From Daphnia carinata (taxonomy: Eukaryota), in NCBI RefSeq assembly GCF_022539665.2, contig NC_081331.1, positions 3,534,001 to 3,598,000 of the forward strand: DNA of 64,000 nt, in the 5' to 3' direction. The notes under the pieces were generated by a model. That model had not been told where the DNA came from and did no database searches. It saw nothing but the letters and a program-made list of their open reading frames with translations. The position numbers and the translations under genes were made by a program. The number at the start of each line of letters is the position of its first letter. Position 1 is the stretch's first letter. This document shows, one piece after another, positions 1 to 11,900 of the stretch.

Positions 1-2514
1 ACACGAGCCAACAAACGTTTTTATCCGGGACGCGACTAATTGTAGTTTGTAGTTCCAGATAACACACGGCTCGTTATATTGTGTCTACGCAATACAGACA
101 ATCAAAACCCTCCCCACTCTTCCATCACCCTCCACCCAATCTTTTTTTTTTTCTTTTTCACCATTTCCCGTATAAGAGAAAGGTCAAACCTCCTTTCTCT
201 TCTTCCTTTACGCACTTCTTTACGGATGACTAAGAGAAATTCCTAGCCAACGCAAGGCCAGAACGTCAAAGAATTTGTTAAAAAAATTTATTTCCCTCCA
301 CGTTGTAGCGACAAATTTCAGCCTTGTGATTAATTGAACACGAATCGAATGACAATCGGCATAAGTCGATATTTCACACTCCGCGCACCGTCAGAAAAAA
401 AACAGGTCAGACAACGTGAATCGAATTTTCAGTACGGACCGCTATTGTTCGACTTGTGATTTGATTGATTTTCCACTGATGGCGATGCGAAAGGGAAGGG
501 CATCGAATTCTGAAATAAAAAAGCTGCTGACACATGTTGCTAGCGTTAATAAACGTCCGATTCGCTTGTCAACAAGTTGATCGTGCCTTTCCTTTCGGAA
601 ATTATTTTGCCAGCCCTCAGTGGGGATATTAAAAATCAAATCAACTAAATGTTTTAGGGCGAAAAAGATGGCCACGAGCTTGAAATGCGATCGATCCGTT
701 GCCGTGTATAGCCGCCAGTAGACCCGATCTGTTATCATTGACAGTTCAAACCCCTCGTTTCGATAGTCTAATTGATTTTTTTGTTTGCTCTTTCATGTAG
801 AACGATCATCGCTCATACATATTCAGACAGACGAATCGAGTCTAGAAAGACTATCCCACACGGGCACCGATTGACTGACCACTGCAGAATGTTAGCACAC
901 AGAGAGAAAGAGAAGGAAAAACAGCCGGAAATACAACCGATCGGAATATATAAAGACATCTGTTTGGCCGCTGTATGTATGAACTATAGACACACTCGGA
1001 TGACTTTGTTCATCCATAAACCATTCGGACTGTCAAGCCATTTTCTTCCGTAAAGGAACAAGAAAAATGTGTGAATCTTTCTCTCTTTGGTGGCTTCCAG
1101 CTGCTACTAGAGTCTATTTAAACTATGTTCTCTTTTTATGTACAGCAACAGACAAGTCATACCTTTTGCTCGCATCATAGACCAGCAGCAGTCAATAGTT
1201 TATTTCCCCCTTTTTTTTTTCTTTCGACCTCTGGCCCCGGTCATCAAAAAAAAAAAAAAAAAAAAACCAACTACGCTCCCACACGTCTACCGTTAAACAA
1301 CCAAACTACCTACATAGCGCTCGTTTAAAAGGAAAAGCTTCTTTTTCTTTTAAAAAAATTATAAAAACTCTTTTTCGCGTCCATAGAGTTCTCCTATTTT
1401 CGTTCGATGGACTTACAATACGCATAGTAAATAAATACGCTTCTTGGCTGCATTTCACGTATCTCAGAGACTGAGAGAGGTTTGCTGTCTATTTTCTTCT
1501 TCGTTTGACTATAGTCTTCGGTTGACGTTATTGCGGCTGGTTTCACCGCGGGACCAGGACCACCCACAATGGACGTCAAACTATCCATACCGGAATCTCT
1601 AGTCTGCCTATCTTTCTTCTTTTAACTTTGGTCGTCGTCGTCGACTTACCCCCATCGATGGACCCTTCGTAACCGGGGCCACCCCTTCGTAAATAATAAT
1701 AAAGGAAGAAGAGAGAAAAAAAGGGGGGGGGACAAAAAATGTGAATGTGTGTATACACATTTAATCATCGTCTGCGGTCGTCCCACTAGAGCTCAGGGTG
1801 CTTGTTACCTGTACAAGGTTTCACACAGAGGGGAAGAAGAGATGACGAGCATTCGAACCCATACTTAACATGACATCTGCCCCTTCCACCCCTCGATCTT
1901 TTTTTTTTCTCACTAGGCCTATGTGTAACGGATGGTCAGTGACGAGCTCGTCTTTTTGCGGTACTTCATTGCGTCCGTGTTGTGTTACGCTTTCAAAATA
2001 TGTGAATACACACAAATGTTAACGCGCCTCCTCACGCCGATTGCTTCCTTTTCTTCCATGTTTTTTAGGGGTAGTGTCCAATTCGATAGAATATACAGAG
2101 ATGGGGTGGGGGATATTTTGATTTATTGGAATGACCCGGCCATGCCCATCAGACGTACGGTGGGTGCGCAAAGCCCCGATTTCAATAGTTTGGCTATACA
2201 TTTCCTTTTTTTGTACAGACATGCCTCTATTGTCCGCAATTTTTACTCCAACCCCCGTCGTCATTGTCGTTTGCATTCTAAGAAAAAGAAAAGAGAGAAA
2301 CTCCCCATTTGGCCAGTATATAGACTCACTGCTGGACACGATATGGATATAATAGTTCCCCTCTAAAAAAAAAAAAACTCCAAACAATCCTCCCCCACTG
2401 TCCGTCTCTTATTCCTCTGCCACCCCTTTCACTGTGGAGGCAAACACCTAACTACATGTAAAGGGTGGGAGGGTTGTTGAAAAAAAAAAGAGAATTCATG
2501 AGATTGGAATTTAC

Positions 2515-2628
2515 CTCTTTGGGGTATTTCCTTTCAGTTGAGTTGGTCGTGTTGTTGGTTGCTCGCACCAGAGGAGCCACCACAGCGGCCAGCATCAGGA
2601 TCGAGAAGATGTTCACCGACCGAAACAT
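2515..2628 (-). CDS. Probable first coding exon of a second secreted or membrane protein gene (MFRSVNIFSILMLAAVVAPLVRATNNTTNSTERKYPKE)
   Basis: Signal-peptide-like hydrophobic core ending in VRA, then three N-x-T sequons. Acceptor aaaatag| lies 4 nt before the ATG (exon starts 2632) and donor GAG|gtaaat follows at 2514. No family recognised. Confidence 0.55.
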
Positions 2629-5600
2629 AGTCCTATTTTGTACATATAAACAAAAAACATTTTTTGTAATGAATGAGTAAAAATAACGAGATCCAAACAT
2701 GTGATTAAAAATCTTAAGTCTTGAGAGACTATGAGAAAATATCGACTCGCCTAGATTTGTATTCATGTAAATACACTGTGGGATCTAACAAGAGGGTATT
2801 GATTACTCGAACAAACAAAATATTGAAATCTCGGGAATTAGGGCATCGAAGAAAAAGTGGATGTTAATCACACACACACACACGCCAGTTGATTGGATAG
2901 AAGAACAGGCACGTGTCTTACAAGAATTCCCTTTTTCCAATCAGCGATTGAAGACTCTACATCTCTTTTTTTCTGGAAATCGAGAGGGAAAAAAAGGTAG
3001 GTCTGATGTGATGATAACATGTTAAGGCATTGTGATGTAATGACAGGCCCGTGTCCCCCACAGCAACAGGCCAACAAAAATATAAGAGACAAGATGAAGA
3101 AGGTACGTAACAAAAGAAGCCCAAGGTTGGACGTGTTTAAATAGAAAGCTCCCAAAAATGGGAGAAAAAAAGGCTGTTGTTGTAAGCAATCAATCTCAGT
3201 ATTAGATGAAAAACTTTTTATTTGAATGGAGATAAAAAATATCTCCGGCAAATGCGACGTGTCGACGTGCAATAGTATCACACCACCCAAAGAGAGAGAG
3301 AGAGAAAAAAAGGGCAGAATAACGTGTTTGTATAACACACGCAGAGTTAGAGAACGATATATGTAAATGCCATGGCGCATTTCAACGTCCTAATCTATAT
3401 AATACCAGAGTCACGGTACAGCTCCGTTTCATTCAACAGTTTGTTGCAGGCTTTTTTTTTTTGGCTAACATGCTTTTCGTCTACAAAAATACGTTCTTTC
3501 TTGTTTGACGGCATTACGCAATCACGCTATCTCCCTATGTAGTGGGTAGGGGATGAATTTGAATGAGTGCCAATAGGCGTCGTGTACCTACAGTGTAATA
3601 TACACGAATTGTGCCCATGAGAACCCAGTTCTATTGATAATGTCATCCATTGACTGATGGGACTTACTAGCCCTTGACGTATACCATAGAAAACGCTGGC
3701 CATGGAACAACGCGAGACCAGACAAAGAAAATAAGAGGATGTGGGCTGTGGCAAGAGTTCCGTAAGAGCGAGAAAAACAAAAAGTTTGGGTGTTACTTCC
3801 ACCTGTTTTAAATATCTGTAATGCGTAACATATCTACGATGGCTTCCCTCCCAATAAAAAACAAAAGTGCTCAACTCGGCGAGTGGTCGAAAGCAATTGC
3901 GTGTTAGTATTCAGTCAATTATCTGGTTATCACGCTTATGAATCCATCAGACCGTAGCAATTGTACGCGTACACACTGGCGGCTCCTCTCACGTGAGTAG
4001 CGGAGTAGGTCAAGTATGCCCGTCTACCTCAATTCGTTTAAATGAGAGTGTCACGATCGGTTAAAGAGATTTGGGGGAAAAATTCAAAAACGCAAAGAAG
4101 AGCGTTTACTTAATGCGAATTAATCTAACGCTGTAAATGACTACGGGATCGATGTGTATAACCATATGGCGAAACAGTTCGAATAGAGAGTGGCTTTCGT
4201 ATACTGGAACGCATGGCTGACGAGGACTTTCTGGAAGTCGTTGACGCTTGGCAAAACCTGCTGGAAACCGATATGTAAAATACATTTTAAAAAGAAATGT
4301 TGTTGTTGTAACCGAAAGGCGGGGTCCAAACGGCCAGACGGGAGTCCGCGTGAAAAAAAAAAAACTGGCGTGAAGGATTACGCCAGTTTTTGTTGTTTTC
4401 TACTACCCTTTGCCACTTTTCCCAACGTCTCGCCTCTTCGGCAACCCCCCTTCCGAAAAAAGAAAAACAAAGAAGCAAAAAGCCTCAAAGAAAAAACAAT
4501 TCCTCTTGTTCTTTGTGAAGCTGTCGTTCACCGTCACCGCTGCTGTTTTTCTTATTTTCCTAATTTATTTTTTCTTTCTCTCCTTCGCCGCAGTCTTCTT
4601 ATTTTTTCTTCCTTGTTTTCTTCAGCGGTCGTGAGCGTGTAGGGAACGCACGCACGGCAGGGGAGAGCATAATCCAAAGTTATTTATACGAGCCGGGACG
4701 AGCAACGCGTAACATCACGGACGTCCATCCGAGTTGACGGGACGGAGCGACCGCGGCAAACGGCGACGATGTGCGTGAAACGACCGAATGAGTATGTGGA
4801 CGGACCAAACCGTTCATCTCTGCGTTTACGTAAGTACAAAGTCGATAGCGCGGTAGTTCTAAATTTGGAATCATATTCAACTCGTCGCTTGCGTGATTTC
4901 TCCCTTTCCCCCGCTTTTTTCCAGCCGGCCCGACGTCCGCTATTTCGTGTACGCATAATTTATCGGCATTATTCTCGCCTTTTCACGGCAACTCTCTACG
5001 CGTTACGTATTGAGGTCGTATACGGATGCTACAACCGGACGTGTTTGCGAGTAAATTTCTAGACGGCGGGTGCTGGCCCAGCCGACCGTCAATGAGGTGT
5101 CGGACGCCTCATTCGAAACAGACTTTGCTTCCGAAAAAAATTTGATCTAGGCTAGACGTGAGTCGTTCATTAAAATGAAAAGTGATAAGTTATTGGTAAG
5201 TCAAACATGAAAGACGGGGGGGAAAAAAAATGTGGGACCGTCAAATGAATTAAATGAATGCAGTCGATGTAGAAATAGTGTAGGGTTTATTTTGGATTTT
5301 TGAACAGAAATGTAAAACTCGAAGAAAAAAGAGGGACGTGAGTGAGTGATGGAAAGCGGTCACGCGTGCGTTCGCTCCAAATAAACAAAACCCGCCTCCA
5401 AAAACGTGATGATCCGTCCGTTACGAACCATCTAGATCCCGATTAACTATCACGTCTATCTCTCGTTTTTCTTGCTTTCCTTCAGCCAGCTTTTTTTTTG
5501 TTTTCACGTCCGGTTGTTCACAAAAAATTTGTTTTCTTTTTTTAGTATTTCCTTGCCACTGGGCTAAAATATTGGGTTGCATAGCCTAGAGACAATTTCT

Positions 5601-8600
5601 GCTGACCTCATTGGTGGATGTAATACGTTTTCCGGCAGTCAATTCGATTAGGAAACACACGAAAAAAAAACAAAAAAACAAGGGAAGCGAATGGCCAAAG
5701 AATCCGGTGCGGTACATTAACTTGACGAAACGGTCGAAGAGAAAGCCGGGGACGGATAGAAATAGAAAATCCGTCACCACATTTTTAGTGGTCAACGAAT
5801 TCGATCGCGATGATAACACCGTTTCATTTCATCGAACATCTCGGCATTCCCTTTTTTGTCTGTGTGTCTTCCGTGTGCGTGTATGTTATTTGTATTTTTA
5901 TTGATTCGGCTTTACACGGATGGGCGCAGACGGTCCGTAACACAAGTTGCTTGGGCGGACACGCGGGCGGCCGATGATTTACGGCTCGTGTCGTTCAATC
6001 CTGTCGTCAAATCAACAGCCTCTCTCCTCAACTAAAGAACTGGTTTTCCTTCTTCTTCTTTCTTTTTTTCTTTCTTTATCCTTCTCGTTCCAAACTCCCA
6101 TCGACTCCTCTTTCAATCTGCCTCTTTTATCTCACTCTCTTTTAGACTGGAAATTACCTAGCGAATGGCCGGCTGCTGGGCAAAACTTACAGTCTGACGT
6201 GTAGAGATTGAAGACGATTTACGATGCTCGTCAAGACTTTTGGACATTTCCTCTCGTGAATAGGTTGCGTGCACGCGGAGCGCAACGACAGGATGAGATA
6301 GGAGGAGTACGCGGGACTATATAATATGAATGCCAAGGCGATGTTTCTTTTCGAACGAAAAAAGAGTGAACGCTAACGCGCTTCGAGTGTGTAGCTGGCT
6401 CATAAAAATCAAATCACCTTCTTCGGTATCAATTATGAAGGGGTTAAAAAAAGAAAAAGGGGCGGATATAGGGAAGCGGAATGTTTCTCTTCCTTTGCTG
6501 CTCTTTCAAGAGAGTAGGGAAAGAGTTAGTAAAAAAACAAACTAATATTAGTGGTATGGAGCTATTTCTTTTCTTTGACACCAGTCATTTACGATGACGA
6601 TTGTGCATCTCTTATCCCTTATTTCGAAATAAATTTCTCCTAGTGCCATTTTCTTTTTAATAGATCCCATAGTTTCGTTTTTTTCTTCTCGACACGGAAG
6701 AGTCCCACAAAAAATAACTACCAAGGCCGAAATGTTGTAGACTTTCCAGATAATTTGGTTATCTCATTTGTGGCTCGAAATTGATATTAAATGATTGAAA
6801 TGGTAGACGTAAAGACATGTTGTTTAACAAACGACCAGCTGTATGAAACATTTATCATTTACAGTCTGTTTCTTAAGTAGGTTTCATTAGGCGACGTGTT
6901 TCTCAAACATCCATCGCAATATTTGGCACTGGCATTACGAACCATCTGTTCCAGGCGAAGCAAATGGCTATCGTCATCCGTAAGAAATGTCTTGTTTATG
7001 TTTTTTGGCAGCAAAACACATCAAAGCCATTCTTTCAACTTGGCATGCAAATACTGGGCCGTCCAATGATCCGATCCTTACGGCCGTTCCAAAACTTCCC
7101 CCGAGGAAGAAAAGAAATTCTTTTTCTTACTGGAAAAAAAAAACACATCAAGATCCATTCGGCTGTTGCCTTTCGATTGTAATCAAACTTGATTTGTAGA
7201 ACAAACTCTTTCAATGGATTTAAACTGTTGGATTCTACAATGCACGCCGTTATGTAAACGTCTTACGATACAGCCTCATTTTACCAAGCATCGGGTATCG
7301 ATAGCCCACCATCACATTCGATTCAGTTCGAGCCAAAATTCAGATGACCTTCAACCGTCTGATAGCCAACTGACTCCTCCCAAATCAAGATCCGCTCGTC
7401 AGCATCATTCCCGAAAATCAGCAACAAACACAGCAACATGAGCGAAAGAGAAGACGGCCATCAAACCCGTCCGAGGCCCGTGCACAACTTAACATGGCAA
7501 CACAAGAATTCACAACTATAAGAAAAGAAAATAACCAATAAAAATAACAAGGATGACCGACATTTCCGGCTCGTCGCCTTTCCTCGTACTTCCATTCGTC
7601 CCCCTTTTCTTATACTCATCCTTCTCTGCTTCCTTTTACCCCTTTTCGTTCTCCGTCCTTCCTATAAATGTCTGTTCTTTTATTTCTGTGCGTAACTCTC
7701 TTCCCGGACTTCTGCCGTCGCTCTACACAGTGATTTCTGATCGCATTCGAGCTGCACGTTTCCCCCGTTGCATAAATACATCGGTTCGTTTCCCTGACTG
7801 TATTACATAGAGAGGCTATAGAACTTCTTTTTCCCTCCATTTGGATTTCTGCAGCGTGAAGCTGCAAGCTCAACGGTTGCACGCTGCAACATACCACCCA
7901 TAACGTGATGTGTAATACATGCTATATACAACGCAGAGCGGAGATCGCGTTACAAACCGAAGCGAATTAGACTCGCAAATGCTGGTCCAACTTTTATTTT
8001 TTAAAAGAAAAAAAAACAAAATAAATTAAATTAAAAGAAATGCGGAGAAAAGGACATACGGTTATCGTGCAGCCGAAAGAGAACGAAAAAGAATAGACGA
8101 AAAGCATTTTTTATTGAAATTAAAGTGCAGTGAGGAAAAGAAATCTCGAGCGAAACGGTGGATTACGGTGAGTTTTGCTATTGCAGCCAAAATTAGGCAA
8201 TTGAGGCGAACAAAAAATAAAAATCTAAGCTCGTGAACACGATTACAGCTGCTGTTGTCCTGCTTTTTTTTTTTTTGTTTCCTCCCAATCATCTTCTACT
8301 CGGTGGACAGCGAACGGACTTTCAAAGTGGGTTAGTAAAGAGAATTGGAAGCCTTGACGTTCCACGAGGGTGGCTCCAAGGAAAAACATTGGCAAAAGTC
8401 GTGAAACAGTATGCGGTAACACGCGGGAGCGATGGCGGGATTTCTCGGTTGGCAATCCACGTCTTGTGCAGTAAGCGTCTCGCATCGCGGGAGCTACCCC
8501 CCCCCGCCCTCCGCGTTTGTATTTAACTACTTTCTACTACACACACATAAAAAAAAAATCATATTAGCCAGCACGTAAGGGCCATTGCGTGGGCGGTGGC

Positions 8601-8970
8601 TCAGTTTCGCTCGATGGCCAGCTCGTACTGAACGCTAGCGCGCTATCAAAACACGGGAAATGTGGGGCTGCGTTGGAACTTCGAGAGGTGAGCGGAATCA
8701 CGACTTTCGCCTGACTTTCGCATCATCAGATATGGCTCATTCAGTCTCTTATATAGCCTTCATCTAGATGCGTTCAACACGCGTTTTTTTTTTTTTTGCT
8801 TCTTTCCTTTCAAGGGTCTCTTCTGCTATGATAAACTCTTTGCTAGTTAAGAGTCCAGCTTTGTTTGTTTCTTTGGACAACATTACGTCTACGTGTTTCG
8901 TGGTCATGCGCAAACCTCCAGTGCTGGACAAAAGGGAGGTTTGGACATGCACTGTAAATCAGACACCGTC

Positions 8971-8991
8971 TGTGTGTGTGTGTGTGTGTGT
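8971..8991 (+). repeat. (TG)10 microsatellite
   Basis: Direct read. Confidence 0.9.
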
Positions 8992-11900
8992 ATTGTGTGT
9001 TGAGAAAAAGAATGGAGTGTATAATGGCAAGCCACCCTTGACGGCGATGAACACACATCCACACTTCTTTCTATTGCGCCCGGCCGAAGGGAGGCGACGC
9101 TTGGCTGCAGCACGACACGCAACAGGACACTACTCGGCGTGCCGAATAGTCATACTCGTTTTCTCGGAAAAATCGTACGACGACACGTAAAATCTCGCAT
9201 CAGTTTCAGTACAAAATAACAAATCAAAAAACAATAGGTGAAAAATACACGGGGAAACGACAGTGGAACACGATAATGTCAAACTCCCGCAGAGCAAATC
9301 CATTGCGATGTTTGATGTTTTGACTTGACCTTTGGTGTACTGTTCAACATTACGCCCTTTTTTTTGCCACGTAAACATCTTCCCCTTTAATACACTGAAG
9401 GACGGTGGTGAATTGGAACGCAAACGAGACCACCATCGTCGTTTGTTGAATGGGACTTGTGCGCGTGGGAGAAGTGTGACCAAAGTATTAGACTGGACTG
9501 CAATCAGATTTGCTTTCATTTTTTTTTCTCCATCACGAGCAATCATTGAAAAATTGTCCGTGCGACTGCGAGGACCTACTTGGTGACGGTTGAGATTTGA
9601 CATCAATAGATTTAAACATTATGGCGCACAATAATGCGGTGATGGGCTTTAGAAGGGGAAAGAAGATCCGCAGGTATCCGCATTGGACACGCTCGCCGGT
9701 CAGGCTGAATTTTTTCTTTTCGACAGATGAACATCGTTAGCTTCGCTACTTTGCGCTCTCTACGAGTCTAGTTATAGCCCCCACCGCTGTGTCCCGGTGT
9801 GTCTCCTCTTTAGCTCGCCCCCCCCCCTTTACCAACCCTTGGCCGCCATTATATTACTCCCGTATGTAATAAGAAAGCGCTTCGTTTGGTTAACAATAAG
9901 GAAATCCCAAGAAAGACCCAAATTCAACCCCTCGACATGTGTGGCGATGTTATCTCGATGCCATTTGATTTTTATTTAGAAGGGTAGAGATACATTTTAT
10001 TCGAAAAATGTATATATATATATATAAAGGATAGAGGGAAAAAAGCGGAAATATTTCATGGAAAATGCATCGTAAATGTCAGTGTTTAAGCTGTTAGACA
10101 AAGTTAAGGGCGGCTTCGAGGTTTTTCTTGTTGTGTAACAAAAGCACGACGTAGACAAGACAGCCGCAATGTGAGCAAAAGTGAAAACTCGACGGGCTTC
10201 CAGTAGATCAAAAGGCGTGAGAGGACTGTCGACCAGCACGAGGGGATGGTAACACACAAGTGGAGGGGAGACAAAGTGAAAGAGAGGAACGAAGACGAAA
10301 GGGAACCGAAAGAGAGAGGTGCGAAAAGGGCCTCGGCCGACAATGGCGCAACACCAAGCCGCTACAATTCGTACAAGACGGCGACGGGGTGAACTCTAGT
10401 CAAACAAAAACGAAAAGAAAAAAAGCCTCTGGCGCCTATTCTTCACCTTTTCTTCCTCAACTTTTGACCCTAAAAAAAAAAATCTGTACGGAAAAAAAAA
10501 ACTCTTCGACTACGAGCATTTGTGTGTTTATGACGCATCTAGTCACTTCGTTCAACGCTCAAACTGGGAAGACAAAAAAAAGAACAAATTTCAAATAATA
10601 GGTAACAACCTGTCGACCCACTTTGGTTTGTGTCTAGTTTTTCTAACTGTTAACTACACATGTCTATTAAGGGAAAAGGTAATCTTTCTTCACTCATGTT
10701 TGGCTCTTAATTGTTCGCAAGAAGAAGTGCTGGGGGGTCAACACAGCCAGCGGTGGTCAAATGAAAGCAAATGAATGCTGCGTGACCAACTCAAAATCTC
10801 TGAAGTGACAGGTATGCAGCAAGTAGCCGAAAGAGGATACCTCACATTTTCTTTTAAATATAGAAATAAAAAAAAGTAATATTTATCGGATAAGGAAGGA
10901 GAAGGATGTTGAGAATTTCCTGCGCTTGCTGAGAGAAATGGAACGTCCGGGGGCCAATAAATATACGATGGACCGCGCGCGCGTTAGCTTTAACAAGGCA
11001 ACCCCCCTTGCTTTTTGTGATGGTTTTCTTTCTTCTTCTTTTTCCCGATAAACCAAGGTATCTTTGTTTTGTTTTTTCTTTGACGTCCGAAACCGATAAG
11101 GGCGTCTCATTAGTCCGGTCGAATGAGAAAGCGTTCTACTCTTTGCCCGACTCGATTGAAACATTTCCACCCAGACATATCCACCCAATGCCTTTTTTTT
11201 TTTAACGTAACGATCAGTATCATGTTGAGAGGGATGAAAACTTGGACTAGAGCCCTTTGTATCCGCACTATACCACAAGAAAAAAAAAACAAAAAAAAAC
11301 AAAAGGGTTCGGCAATGTTTCACCAGCCTAGTGGCAAGACACAAACGGGAATGGGGGGCAGCACGATAAATCACAGCGGGGATAGACAACTCTTTCTTCC
11401 AGCCGCTATTCAAATCGGCCATCATAACCGACTTGTTCTACTCCATTCATTGAATCTGGCCAGTTTTTCTCTTTACTGATTAGGTGGAAGATGAGTTGAT
11501 CAAAGCTGACCCTTTAAATGCACTCAACGTTAACGGACTAAAAAATAGCTGCTTTTTGCTCCCCTACCCGGACACTCAGTGGGTTTTCCACCATCAAACA
11601 AAATCAAAAGTAAGACTATCCCTTTTTGATGCGTTTTGGGCTTCAGCAACCAGTGCTGGATTTATGTACTCGACATTTTTATTTTACATTCTTTCGAGTC
11701 CCGCGGCTCCATTCAATGCCAGCAGTTCGTCTCGAATAAAAAAAGCTCTCAAAAACTCTTGAGCGACGTTTAGCGTCAAATTAAAAAGCCAGCAGGTAGC
11801 AGGATTATGAAACCACTGTTGCCGCCATCCTGATAGACCAACAACGAAAACATCACACAACAGCAACAACAACAACAAAAAAAAAGCCGACGTTTTTTTT

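Noticed and set aside
1394..1620. ORF MDSLTSIVGGPGPAVKP... as a further exon of the left-hand gene
   Set aside because: No pyrimidine-rich acceptor; joining to the 1650 donor would need an intron of about 51 nt that is purine-rich; no recognisable homology.
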